Assembly (NCBI GenBank): GCA_040285855.1
Contig: JAUFOQ010000006.1
Location: 1,612,001 to 1,676,000, forward strand
Reading direction: 5' to 3'
From: Eukaryota sp. GEM-RC1
Lineage: Eukaryota
Length of the DNA stretch: 64,000 nt
How positions within the stretch are numbered: position 1 is the stretch's first letter; each line of letters opens with the position of its first letter. Below, piece by piece: positions 1 through 12,900 of the stretch. A program made the position numbers and the translations under genes. Under the pieces are notes generated by a model. The model was not told the DNA's origin, searched no databases, and worked only from the letters and a program-made list of their open reading frames with translations.

Positions 1-710
1 CAGGCCGGGAGTGGGTTCGGAAATAGTGCCACAAAGCATCAATTGCAAGCTCTAAAGGACTGCGATACATGGCTAAAATTGGATTAGGAAAAGACCAAAA
101 TCCTAGACCGATATTTGTGTTTTATTGGTAGTTCTGATGTGTTAACAAAGAAGTACCTTTGTTGATGTATGCCAATGTACGGGATATGCAAAGGACTAGT
201 TGTATCAACCAAGAAGGTTGAGAGAAACACTTACTCCGCTATGTGGTTTATAGTACAAACGTTCATACTGTGATTAGTTCTACGTCCGATCAATGAAAGG
301 ACAGATCTGCTATTGGAATGGACAAGCTCTGAATCGAAAGGACTGCTTTCATCCAAAGAATGTCAACATTTGATTCTCGTCAATTGACGACAATTCGCCC
401 TTGCTCTTACTGTTGTGCTTTTGTTCTGGTGTGTTTATTAAATTCGGACTTTGATGACCATTAAATCATAGTCCTTTTCAGACACACAGTTTGGAAACCA
501 ACTATCGATACATGTTAAATCATTGAAAGCCCCACAATAGCAAAGCATTCAGTGAATAAGAAGAGTTCTATTCAATACAACAGAATGTTATAGAAAACAA
601 TAAATTATAATAAACAAAGAAATGCTAAACGGTGGAACTAATAGGTCAAACGAGACTCTGTCACTAACACTTGCGGAGTACAAGTAGAGAATGTTGTGGC
701 AATGGTGGAT

Positions 711-944
711 TCACACTTGTAGTACTTCCAAGCGGATGGCATCAAGGACACGACCTTTATAGGATGACTTCGAACGAACGTGGAACAGGTACTCAGAAAA
801 CCTGGCGTTGGTTATGGAATCGGTCCATGTTAACTGCTTGATTGCTAGGCAAAGGATACGTACTGTTGTCAAATCTGGCCGGGAGTGGGTACGGAAATAC
901 TGCCACAAAGCATCGATGGCTAACTCTAAAGGACTGCTATACAT
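711..944 (-). CDS. 77-aa orphan protein encoded in the tandem repeat unit (copy A)
   Basis: Intact ATG-to-stop ORF. Against copy 1579-1812, 12 differing codons are synonymous and 3 are non-synonymous (hand alignment). Confidence 0.55.
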   Translation of the reverse strand: MYSSPLELAIDALWQYFRTHSRPDLTTVRILCLAIKQLTWTDSITNARFSEYLFHVRSKSSYKGRVLDAIRLEVLQV

Positions 945-1578
945 GGCTAAAATTGGATTAGGAAAAGACCAAAATCCTAGACCGATATTTGTGTTTTATT
1001 GGTGGTTCTGATGTGTTAACAAAGAAGTACCTTTGTTGATGTATTCTGATGTACGTGATATGCAAAGGACTAGTTGTATCAACCAAGAAGGTTGAGAGAA
1101 ACACTTACTCCGATATGTGGTTTATAGTACAAAGATTCATACTGTGTGTAGGTCTACGTCCGATCAATGAAAGGACAGATCTGCTATTGGGATGGACAAG
1201 CTCTGAATCGAAAGGACTGCTTTCATCCAAAGAATGTCAACATTTGATTCTCGTCAATTGACGACAATTCGCTCTTGCTCTTACTGTTGTGCTTTTGTTC
1301 TTGTGTGTTTATTAAATTCGGACTTTGGTGACCATTAAAGCATAGTCCTTTTCAAGACACACAGTTTGAAACCAACCACATGTCAAATCATTGAAAGCCA
1401 CAAAATAGCAAAACATTCAGCAAACAAGAAGAGTTCTATTTACTACAACGTAGTGTTATAGAAAACAATAAATTAAAATAAATAAAGAAATGCTAAACGG
1501 TGGAACTAATGGGGCAAACGAGACTCTGTCACTAACACGTGCGGAGTACAAGTAGAGAATGCTGTGGCAACGATGGAT

Positions 1579-1812
1579 TCACACTTGTAGTACTTCCAAG
1601 CGGATGGCATCAAGAACACGACCTTTATAGGAGGACTTCGAACGAACGTGGAACAGGTACTCAGAAAACCGGGCGTTGGTTATGGAATCGGTCCATGTTA
1701 ACTGCTTGATGGCTAGGCAAAGTATACGTACTGTCAATAGATCAGGCCGGGAATGGGTTCGGAAATAGTGCCACAACGCATCGATAGCAAGCTCTAAAGG
1801 ACTGCGATACAT
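1579..1812 (-). CDS. 77-aa orphan protein encoded in the tandem repeat unit (copy B)
   Basis: Same ORF preserved in the next repeat unit. Confidence 0.55.
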   Translation of the reverse strand: MYRSPLELAIDALWHYFRTHSRPDLLTVRILCLAIKQLTWTDSITNARFSEYLFHVRSKSSYKGRVLDAIRLEVLQV

Positions 1813-2420
1813 GGCTAAAATTGGATTAGGAAAAGACCAAAATCCTAGACCGATATTTGTGTTTTATTGGTAATTCTGATGTGTTAACAAAGAAGTACCT
1901 TTGTTGATGTATGCTAATGTACGTGATATGCAAATGACTAGTTGTATCAACCAAGAAGGTTGAGAGAAACACTTACTCCGCTATGTGGTTTATAGTACAA
2001 AGGTTCATACTGTGTTTAGTTCTACGTCCGATCAATGAAAGGACAGATCTGCTATTGGGATGGACAAGCTCTGAATCGAAAGGACTGCTTTCATCCACTA
2101 TCGGAGGGCGGAAATGTACAACAGCTGATGATGGTAAGCAGCACCATGAACCGGTTTGCAGACGCTCCTAATTGACTGTGTCAAATCTTTCATGTATACT
2201 GTTTCCATAAATCGTGGCATCAATTGGTGATTCAGCGTTGTGTGGATTGACTACGCAATAGTCTTACTTCAGTTTGTCCGTGGAGACAAACTTCAACTAG
2301 AGATACCGGCTTGTCCCGTGGAAGCCGGATGCAGATGTCAAATGTATGCATAAACAAGACTTCCAGGTATGAAGTATGATATAGAATGCAATAATTGAAA
2401 TAAGTAAAAATGCCTAATGA

Positions 2421-2702
2421 TTAAGATAAAAAGGACTCACGACAGACTCGCACCGACAGAACTTCCAAGCGGATGGCATCAAGGATACGGCACTTGTAGG
2501 TGGATTTCGAATTGACATGGAGAAGGTACTCAGAAAACCGGGCGTTGGTTATGGAATCCGTCCATGTTAACTGCTTGATGGCTAGGCAAAGGATACGTAC
2601 TGTTGTCAAATCTGGCCGGGAGTGGGTACGGAAATACTGCCACAAAGCATCGATGGCTAACTCTAAGGGACTGTGACACATTTGAATAAAGAAAGAAGGC
2701 AC
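2421..2702 (-). CDS. Diverged paralog of the repeat-encoded orphan ORF with different flanks (gene or fragment)
   Basis: Core SPLELAIDALW...DAIRLEVL is shared with the repeat ORF. Homology is limited to ~2460-2673. Confidence 0.4.
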   Translation of the reverse strand: MPSFFIQMCHSPLELAIDALWQYFRTHSRPDLTTVRILCLAIKQLTWTDSITNARFSEYLLHVNSKSTYKCRILDAIRLEVLSVRVCRESFLS

Positions 2703-3190
2703 GAAATTCTGAGCTTCTTTTTGTTTCTACAGAAAATTTGTTCACAGGACAGCCAGCCGTATCTTTCCCTTGGCTGATACGTGATGATATATAGAATGTG
2801 GGAAGTGTCTATTTGTAGCAAAGAGTGGCGGCGAAGAAGAACCCAGATCTCTCTGTGCATTATACAGTCCCTGAATGCTATGTTTCAATGCATGATTGCT
2901 ACTGAAACGATAACCCCGGTCCTGAATTTGGAAGGGTCTGAAACAAGAAGGCTGAAAATGAAAGATGCTAATGTCAACGCACTTACATGTAGACAGCTTG
3001 AGCCACTACAGTTTATACCCTCATGTTAGATCACTCTCTCATTAGGTTTTCCTCTCACAATGCTAGTGGTTTGTCTCTAAGAAATTTCCCTACACATCTT
3101 TTGTCGTTTGCTTTTCGATTCCTGTGTTCATGTACTGCTCTTAACATAAACTTTGTTCTTCTTCAGTTTTCCATTTTCCGTAGTTACATA

Positions 3191-3856
3191 ACTTTTCATG
3201 GTACTTTCGACCAGTTAAATGGTTGCAATCGTCTTGGTACCTCAATTTGGTGATTTAACAGATCTTTAGTGCTACATCCCATCAGTTCTCTGATCTTTGA
3301 TCATAACGGATGCATTGATGAAAAAGAGGATGTCCCCATCTAAGAAGAAGACGAACTTCCTAAAGTTGTTCCTTGTTGATGGTCTTGCTATGGAAGACCT
3401 CCTTCTGAACAACTGCTCTCGTTATCCCTTGCAGTTGCAGGATTTGTAGTTGTATCCTTGCTTCTTCAATACATTGGTACTTTCAGATGCATCCTTGACC
3501 TTTAATGTTCTCATTTCGCTTGTTCCGTTAGCAGTAGTTCCTTCTTTCTCTCCCTCGATCATTTGCCATATATCTGACCCATGATTGATTTGATATTTGC
3601 TGATGATTGCATGTCCAGCAATAGTTTCCCAGTGATGATTTCCCAGATTTTTTGTCTATTTGTTTGTGAAAGGCATTGAAATAGTGTGATCGAAGTTACC
3701 ACATGTCCTTTACCACTTGACAAGTGACTTAATACACTTTGATAACTTTGAACTGATGGGATGTAGCACTATAGATCTGTTCTCCAGAACAAATCACCAA
3801 AATGGAGTAACAAAACGATTGCAACTATTTAACTGCTGGAAAGTACCATGAAAAGT
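3191..3856. repeat. ~100-bp imperfect inverted repeat pair (3191-3288 and 3751-3856) around a ~460-bp spacer; foldback or MITE-like
   Basis: ACTTTTCATGGTACTTTC...GTGCTACATCCCATCAGTTC matches the reverse complement of GAACTGATGGGATGTAGCAC...GAAAGTACCATGAAAAGT, with a 9-nt indel. Confidence 0.8.
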
Positions 3857-4339
3857 AGGTTGTAACGATACATAACTCAGCCCTCTTTAGATGGGTTGGT
3901 GACATTCCTCGTTATTCCGGATCAACAACAAGAACGACGAGTCTCTTTTGACTCATTCATCCAATACTATCAGCCATAGTGTGTGAGTTAATCAAACATT
4001 CGAATGAAAGAATGTAATGACAAGAAATGTCATTAAGCTAATATGACCTGGTACGAGGTAATCTTCTGTGAAATATGACACATATTCAGAAACTGAAAGT
4101 GTTATTGTTGTGATCTTTGTAAATGAAAGAAAATTAAAGACCCCAATTCCATTTACACCAACACAACTGATCAAGAGGAAGACGATAAACTATCTGAGTA
4201 TATGGTCTAGGTTATAAATGTATCGTTCATCCAATAACTTGACGTTGAAGATACAAAAAGGAAATTGTTGAATTCGTGAAGTGTTGATTAAGCAAGTGTT
4301 CTCAACTCGTGCCCTGAACCTATTTTTGTCGACAGACTC

Positions 4340-7300
4340 ATGTCATCGCAAAACCAGTCCGTTCAATCTCTGGGAATAGCTCTTAGCGGAAACAAGTACG
4401 TTCTGTTCTTGGACAACTCATCTTAGATATCGTAGAGCTACTTTCACTTTCTTCCAAGGCCTTCAAAAGCTTCCCAGATACAACTTTCTGGCGTTGGTGC
4501 TTCTGGTTGTTGAATTCATACGTGTGTTGCGTGTACGATCTCATCGCAGAATTAATAGCTCTTGTTATCAACCGCCATTTCCCTTACATTCACGAAGCTC
4601 TTGATACACGTCACTTTCTGCACTTCATTGCTGTCTCTGGTTACGACGATGCGTACTTCTCCGTCTTTTCTCACTCTGTCCTCTCCATCATTATAGTTGG
4701 TATCCCTATTCTTCTTGGTGCTTCCATGGGTTTAGGTGGCTATCATGCCATTGGAAAATCACCAGTCCAAACCTCTCTTGTACTGCTTCAAGGTTCTCCT
4801 TGAGTTCGTGTCTTCCTTCTTGTTCCTTCCTCTTACCATTACAGCTTTCACTTGGTTCAACTGCTCCGATGACTCTCCTTACTTTTCAATCGCTGTTTCT
4901 TCTTGTTGGTCCGCGCAGTCAGTGTTTATCAAGACAGTTATGTTTCTCTCATGGTTGGCTCTGTCAAGTTTCGTTCTTTTACGTGAACTTGTCTTAGTTG
5001 ATATATCTCCTAATTCTAAGCGTGTTTTCCGTTGCTTGAACAGAGACTTTAAGGTTGTCATGCTGATAGTTAAAGTACTGTTAGCTCTTCTGTTAACTGT
5101 TTTCGATCATTTACCTTTGGTTTTTACTCTAACTTATCCCGTTTGTTGTATTTTCCTTTGTTATTACGTTGTCAAGTGGATTCCTTTTTATAAGCGTAAA
5201 ACTAATGAGTTTGTGGCCTTTATTTCTGCATTTACTGCTACAGTTTCTGTTATTTGGCTTTTCATTTCCCTTGTTAATTTGCAGTATGTCTCATGGGTTA
5301 TTACCTTGATTCTATATTCCATACCAATTGGTGTAGGATTATTTGTCAAATATTACGTCAAATTTAGATATTCATGTATTGCTTTCTTTTTCCCTCAAGC
5401 TCTGCGATTACAGAATTTATCCCAAGATCATACAGTCAATTACACCAAGAAATTTCTTTGGTTTAAGTTTTCATTAGGCGGAACTCAATCAACACGTTCC
5501 AAAGCAAAGGACCTGACCTCTACTTTTTCCACAGATAAGTTTGATTTCGATGACGTTTCCCCAGACGATGGTAAAGAAACTCAAGATGAAGGTGAGACTC
5601 TTTCTGATCTACTCGAAAAGCACGTCACCTGTCCAATCAAGGGTGAGCTCTTCTCAAGATTTTTGATCTTTTATAATAATGAAATCACGCAACCAATTGG
5701 TCGTGAAATCGTTGAGTTTTGTGACTCTAAATGGCCAACTCATCCTGTTTCTTATTTATTAAAATGTTCATTTGATATTGGAATTATTAAAGATCCTATT
5801 TCAGCGCTTTCTTTATGTGCTTCTGTTATCAACATGGAATTGGAAATGCGATTTGATTTTAATTATTTCATTTCTTTCTACAAACAGTTAGCTGAAAATT
5901 TAAGAAGAGAACAATCAACTGGTCAATCATTGGACTCGTCAATATTTCTTTTACTTCAAAGACGATTAAAAACGGCAGTTGACCTCCATCGTGATTGTCT
6001 TGATTATTTAGCTGCTTTTTGGTCTATTTTGCTTGCAAAGAATCCAAATCTTTCTCTTCTTCCACAAGTTACAGAGAAGATTCAAGAAACCAAAACTGAA
6101 GCTGAATCTTCCTTTAACAAGCTCTTGAATGATCATCCTGGTGATAAGGAAGTTCTCACTGCTTACTCTAACTTTGCCAGTGAAGTTTGCCTTGATGAGG
6201 AACTCGCTTTACAGTTACAAACTCAAGTTGAAATGGGTTCCAGTGATGGTAGAAGTAGTAATGGTGATGGTACCTCTTCAAAAGGAAGTCATTTCACTGG
6301 TAAATCATCTATCCAAAAGAATAGACGAAAAGAAAGAGAAAAACAAAGAGCTTTCTCTTGGGTTTAACTAGTGGTAAGAATGGTTCTGATAGCAATCAAT
6401 CAGTTGCTCAAAAATTAAAAATTTCCGTACATGTTTCATTGACAGTGTTGTTGATTCTATGTATTGTTTCTTATTTTTTAATTAGTGGAGGATCACAAGC
6501 TCTTCGAAATCAATATTCAGTAATGTTTGAATCTGGACATTTTGCTTCATCTACTGAAGGTCTTACTGCTTCGTCTCTCTTTCTTGCTAGTTCTCTCGAT
6601 GGTAATCAGCTCCATCATTCTTCCGAAGTCTTCAGAAATCGCGTGATTTCTGAATCTGAACATGCACTTTTTCATTTACGTCGTCTCTTAGTTGGAGCTC
6701 GAGTTTCTCCTAATGTTGGTGGTTTTACTTGCGTAGGTGGCGTTCCTGTTGCTATTCCCGCTCTTTCAACTGATCAAACTCTACATTTAGTTCGAGATCC
6801 TGTCTGTCCAACAAGACAAGAATCAGATGTTTTTCCTCCAGTTCCTCAAATTGTTCTAGTTTCACTTACTCAGCTTGGAATGGACTATTGCAGAAAAGCC
6901 TTTGAATATGCGTCTAGTGCAGCGGAAACTTCCAGAGGACCATCAATTCTCTCATTTCTTATATCTAATAGAGGGGTAATTACTGATGGAAGTATTCGTT
7001 TATTAGATGCTGTTAAGAATGAATCTGAAGATGGCGTTACTATGACTGTTGTTTCTGATATTTTGGGGGTTATACTTAACTTGACTTTAATATTTCTAAT
7101 TGCTAAGTTTTTCTTTGGTAAAACTGTAAAGGAAATCTCACTTCGACAATTGGAAGTTTTTAATTTGTTTCTATTTGTTCCAAAGCAAAGTATTCAGGAT
7201 ATGCTCAACCACACTGAGTTTAGTGAAACTGTTGTAATGAAACAGCCACAATCCTTTAACGTTACTGATAGCGTTGCTAGAATTTCAGAAATTGATTCTT

Positions 7301-9778
7301 CTTCAGATGCTGATGATGTTGTTAACGTTTGTGAAGGCACAAATTCCGAATGTTTAGGTTCAGAATCTGCAAAGATTCCTGAAGTAATGGGAGCTTCATC
7401 ACGTTTATTCTTTTTGGTTCTTGGTTTATTAATTATTTCTGTTCTTGTACTAGGCGGGGGATTGTTTCTATTGAATTCAATCAACGATGACGTTTCTGAA
7501 ATGACTGATCGAAGTAGCGAGGTTGTCGAGATTGTCTATCAAGCTAATACTCTTTTCGATCACGTTACCAGATCTTCTATAATTTTCCTCTCTTTTGCCT
7601 CTACAGGAAACCTTCAGTTTTACCACGAATACATCTCTACAAGACAATCTACAGCTAGAGATGATGCTATTTCAGCTTTGCGTAGACTTGAAATGCCTAC
7701 TGAATCTATCCGTCTTTTAAGTGAAAATACTAGAGTCAATGCTCGAGTTAGATATATTGAATTAATAGCTCTAAAACTCACCCTGTTGGCTTATAATCTA
7801 TCTGACTATGACGTTCCTGAAGTTGCTGGATTTACTTATGACATTTCTCAAGAAACTTCTTTTGTTGTTGACGATGTCAATTACAAGGACTTTGGTATTT
7901 GGTATTCTTCTCTTGAAAAGGATTCTCAAAAACCTCGTGAAGAACTGGTATTACTTGCAAGACACGTTGTCTCTAACAGAAGATTCTATGTCATTAACAG
8001 TCAACGATTGGACTCTTTAAGGCAGTTTTCTACCAATATTTTAGATACTTTTGATAGAAGATCTAATTTTTGAAGAAGGGGATTTGCTTACAGATATTTT
8101 AATTTTTATTCCTATTGTCGTGGCTGTATTTGTTCTCGTCAATATTGGATTATCCTTTTACTTCGCAAATCTAGTGTTTTTTCAAAACTTTTTATTATGT
8201 TTTTAGTTTTGATGGGCGTTCTATTTATTCTTTGTTTAACGGTATTTCTTTCTTCTGTTCTTATAGATCGTGAGTATGATTCTTACAATCACGGTCGGGA
8301 GCAATTGGTAGAGCTCACTCGAAATCTATCAGATTTGAGTGAAGCTCAAGAAGAGTTCAAAGCTTATTCTTTATCTTTTGTGCAAAGTGGAGATTTAAAC
8401 TATTACAACCACCACATCGGTCTAACTGGTTTTGTTCATCGAGTTTCTGATTCTGTTGATTCTATAATTAATCTAGACCATCCTCAAGTTTCTCCATTTG
8501 CTACTCAAATCTCTGCACGATTACCTAATCTTACAAAAGTCCATCCTAGCCTTGAGAGAAGTAGAATTAATTGCAATGACTATTGCAGCCCGAGGTTACG
8601 AAATACCTGAAGTTCTTGTTCCAATGGATAGAACATGGAACCTTTCTCAACAGGACAATTATCACGAGTTGATTACTAATTTTGGATATTTTGATTGGAG
8701 TACCTTCTACTCTGATGACGTCAGTGATCTTAATTTAAATTTTGATGAACAACGGCTTCTTGCAAGATCTATATTGACTTCTCCTGTTTATCTTGAGTTA
8801 GAAGTGATTCGAGATGAATTATTCAGTGAATTATTTGATTTCTTTACTTCAGAAAGTTCCAATGTCCAGAAAGAACTAACATCTTCTTTTAGATTCATTT
8901 TCGGTCTTTGTTTTGCAGTAATTGTTGGTACTATGATTGTTTTCTCTTATTCCATTTACCAGCTCTTTGAAACCTTCTACTCTAAGAGAAAACAAGCATC
9001 TCACATTCAACAGGTAATAAAATTTGCAAATGCAATTAGTATTACTCGTAATTATACTATTTCTTTATTAATCTTAGGTGTTGGAGTTTTAAGTTTCTAT
9101 ACGTTTGCTTCCACTACTACACTTCAGTCTATTCCAAGACTAAGTAATATTCATTTAGCTTCATCCAGACTTTTACTTGCAAAGGGACTTTCCAGCTCTA
9201 CTACTTTACTAGTAGATTCTGAAGATCCAGCAAGTCAATCTTTAGTTGTTCTCCGAGATGCTGAACAATTGTTGCAAGCTCATTATAGACTTTTGTTTGG
9301 AGATTCCAACACCAGAGGAAGTATTGGAACACATCAAGATCAAGATTCTCTTTTGTTTTCTACTGGTTTCACTTCTAACACCACCTTATTTGAGTCTGGA
9401 TTACACGTCAACTTAGCTGGTTTTGTTGATACTGCTTCTAGACTTGCTACTAAGCAGACTGCAGTTCTCCCTAATGATCCTGATTTCCTCCAATTCTTAA
9501 GGGAAGGTGACGTGTTGATGACTTTGCTGTATGAGTCATTAGAGGTTTTTAGAGATACTGCGTTGTCTGTCAACAGTTCTAATTCAAATATTATTCATTT
9601 TATTTTTATTGTACTATTACTTTTATTAGCTAGTGAATATCTATTTGTGTTTAGACAAATGGTTTCCAAACTAATTGACGGAGAAGAAGTAATTTTATTT
9701 GTTTTGTCAATGTTGAGTAAGGATGTTGTTGAAAATGTTCCTTTGATTGCTCGTTATTTAGATTCTGTTGGTTTCTAG
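4340..9778 (+). CDS. Large multi-pass membrane protein, TmcB/TmcC-like (N-terminal TM region, TPR-like helical region, repeated TM-flanked extracytoplasmic modules); 2 introns and ~5 apparent frameshifts
   Basis: ATG at 4340. Introns 4396-4426 and 4522-4549 give ...VVEFIQLIAL. Contains the TmcB-type helical block (YLAAFWSILL...FNKLLNDHP...YSNFASEV) and internal repeats RYIELIALKL / REVELIAMTI. ORF pieces 4507, 4736, 6358, 8197 and 8498 join via single-base shifts. Confidence 0.8.
4396..4426 (+). other. 31-nt spliceosomal intron
   Basis: GTACGT...CTCATCTTAG. Removal restores the frame from ATG 4340. Confidence 0.8.
4522..4549 (+). other. 28-nt spliceosomal intron
   Basis: GTGTGT...CTCATCGCAG. 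Removal joins EFI-Q-LIAL. Confidence 0.75.
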
Positions 9779-10113
9779 TGATTGTATTATAGTAATACGT
9801 TGTTACATTCATATCTAGAGATAGATTTTATATTATTTAATAAATTAAGTTTAGTTTGGCAGTAAAGCTATAGAGATGATACGGAGAAGCAGGACCTGGA
9901 AAAATTGCTTTGCCGTTTAAATTATTGCCAATTAATTACTTACAATAAGAAATTGGCTTAAATAACGGGCGACCAACGAATTGGGCAGTTAATTGCAATT
10001 ATTACAGATGTTTCAAATGCACGAAATGTATAGAATTTGGATTGTATTTTGGCGGGTCAAGAGCTCATAACCCAGTCTTCCGCATTCATAAAGACTTCGT
10101 TCAAAGCACTTCG

Positions 10114-11222
10114 ACAAAAGCACAACAGTAAGAGCAAGAGCGAATTGTCGTCAATTGACGAGAATCAAATGTTGACATTCTTTGGACGAAAGCAGTCCTT
10201 TCGATTCAGAGCTTGTCCATCCCAATAGCAGATCTGTCCTTTCATTGATCGGACGTAGAACTACACACAGTATGAACCTTTGTACTATAAACCACATAGC
10301 GGAGTAAGTGTTTCTCTCAACCTTCTTGGTTGACACAACTAGTCCCTTGCATATCACGTATATTAGCATACATCAACAAAGTTACTTCTTTGTTAACACA
10401 TCAGAACCACCAATAAAACACAAATATCGGTCTAGGATTTTGGTCTTTTCCTAATCCAATTTTAGCAATGTATAGCAGTCCTTTAGAGCTTGCAATCGAT
10501 GCTTTGTGGCACTATTTCCGAACCCACTCCCGGCCTGATCTATTGACAGTACGTATACTTTGCCTAGCCATCAAGCAGTTAACATGGACCGATTCCATTA
10601 CCAACGCCAGGTTTTCTGAGTACCTGTTCCACGTTCGTTCGAAGTCATCCTATAAAGGTCGTGTCCTTGATGCCATCCGCTTGGAAGTACTACAAGTGTG
10701 AAACCATCGTTGTGCTGTTTCCACAGCATTCTCTACTTGTACTCCGCAAGTGTTAGTGACAGAGTCTCGTTTGCCCTATTAGTTCCACCGTTTAGCATTT
10801 ATTTATTTATTTTAATTTATTGTTTTGTATAACATTTTGTTGTATTGAATAGAACTCTTCTTATTTACTGAATGTTTTGCTATTTTGTGGCTTTCAATGA
10901 TTTGACATGTATCGATAGTTGGTTTCCAAACTGTATGTCTTGAAAAGGACTATGATTTAATGGTCACCAAAGTCCGAATTTAATAAACACACAAGAACAA
11001 AGCACAACAGTAAGAGCAAGAGCGAATTGTCGTCAATTGACGAGAATCAACTGTTGACATTCTTTGGACGAAAGCAGTCCTTTCGATTCAGAGCTTGTCA
11101 TTCCAATAGGAGACCTGTCCTTTCATTGATCGGACGTAGACCAACACACAGTATGAACCTTTGTACTATAAACCACATAGCGGAGTAAGTGTTTCTCTCA
11201 ACCTTCTTGGTTGATACAACTA
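10114..11222. repeat. Inverted copy (~1.25 units) of the ~870-bp tandem repeat
   Basis: Reverse complement of the 1-2098 unit, carrying the same 77-aa ORF on the + strand. Confidence 0.95.
10468..10701 (+). CDS. 77-aa orphan protein, inverted repeat copy
   Basis: Intact ORF nearly identical to 711-944 and 1579-1812. Confidence 0.55.
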   Translation: MYSSPLELAIDALWHYFRTHSRPDLLTVRILCLAIKQLTWTDSITNARFSEYLFHVRSKSSYKGRVLDAIRLEVLQV

Positions 11223-11249
11223 AAACCTTCTTTGTTTCCTTTCCCTACC

Positions 11250-12900
11250 AATAATCGGTCTCTGTGCCTGAAGACATATTTCATACTAATTCTGAAGTTG
11301 AGGCAGCTACTTTCGAAGTGGAAGGTAGATTTAGACCAGTGGTGTGGATTGCTTTATCATCACAATGTCCAAGAGATGATAAAGCGCTAGATACAGAAGT
11401 CACCATACCTTTAAAGATAGCAAACATGATTCGATTTTTCCAAGATCAAAAGCGAGATGTGTTTTCTTTTACAATCTTCACAAAGATTTCAAGTAATGAT
11501 GTGGCCGATTCACCTAAAGAACCGTACAGTGAAAATATAAAAGGGTACAACAAGTAATTCGAGTGCGAAACCGAATTGAATAGTTTCAATTTAGCACAGT
11601 ATTATTCCTTTTTCACTTTTTCACCAAGCAACAGAGGTTTTAGTATTACATTTAGTAAGAGAAACTTGTTGGAATCATTACAAACATCGATATACGTACC
11701 ATCAGCAATAATGCAAGATCCATCGAGCCAAGGAAATACTTCTTTCATGGAACAGAAGCATGAAATAAACACAAAAACTAGAACTCAATATCATTAAAGC
11801 AAGAATCATTGCCATTTAAACTCACATCAGCTTTTTCTTCATAAAAAACACTGAGAGCTAATAGAGCTTTTGAAATCATGATAGGGATTGTTTTAAATAT
11901 TGTAAAAACAATTTAATTCAACCAAAACTTAAAATCAATTTTCTTGTTCATTCTTTTTTGACAACTTTCTCAAAATCAGAGAGAAAACAGAGAGCATCTT
12001 AACCAAGTTGACCATAAATTGAAATTGTAAAATGACATTATTTGTACTCAACGTGTCTAGTATGTTTGAGAGCAGTCAGTGGTACATCATATTTGCTTTT
12101 CTTGTTTTTGTTCTGAAAAATCAAGTGGAGAAACTTCATTTATAGCATCTTTAAATGCACTCTTTTGCAAACATCCACTGTAATGACATCAACTACCGTT
12201 AGTTCATCATTGAATGATGGAACAATGACATCAGCTCTTCTTTTACCAAAAGTCTTATCAGAATCACAATGATTTAAATTATTCATTTCAAGAGATCTCA
12301 ACAGTGGCTCAACCAAAGATTCGATTTTGTAGGACTTACACATAGCATAAATTTGATCTATGACAGCATCATGAATACAAGTTCTTTAATTGATAAATCG
12401 ATTGCAACTCAAAAGGTGAGAAAAAGTAACTAATTTAACACATTTACATTCAAAATCATTAGGTAAATTAGAGTGCCACAAGAAACACCGAAGTTTAAAT
12501 GTTGTAGTCCATTGATGATCATTCAATAACAATCCATAAATCTGTGGAATTTGGTTGATCAAAGCAACTTTCCGTCAAATCGATTAAAAAAATTGCGAAC
12601 GCTTGATTTTTTTCTTTGGCTGAGGCAAGTCGAATTTAAAATTTAGAGATTCAAAATGTTTCCAAAAGATGTTTTTGGGGTTTTTTAAGAGTATGTTTTA
12701 AAGAAGTGGCACATCGTTCTAGTATTTCACAAATATCTGCCGGGAAACAAGTTTGCCAGAGGTCAGGTGAAATTAGCGACAATTCTGATCTCAAATTCCC
12801 CAAGAAAAAACTACATGTACTTGTAGAAACAAGAAGATTTTCTTGACTTGGGTATGGTCGAAAAAACTCAAAGACAAAATTGTTACCACCACCAATGAAA
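11250..12900 (-). mobile_element. Decayed CRE-like non-LTR retrotransposon 3' fragments (zinc knuckle / restriction-like endonuclease region; probably two pieces)
   Basis: Motifs IHDAVIDQI...VEPLL...KRRADVIV...VVDV. 11490-11577 matches the reverse complement of 18562-18648. Many stops. Confidence 0.75.

Larger units (their letters stand above)
1..2098. repeat. Tandem repeat array, unit ~868-874 bp, ~2.4 copies visible, running off the window start
   Basis: The motif C(A/T)GGCCGGGA(G/A)TGGGT recurs at 1, 875 and 1743. Units align along their whole length until similarity stops near 2098. Confidence 0.95.

Noticed and set aside
8071..8073. TGA readthrough or stop-codon reassignment, because the same frame resumes at 8197
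   Set aside because: The intervening hydrophobic TM segment lies in the +1 frame, indicating two compensating shifts. TGA, TAA and TAG all terminate conserved genes in this window.
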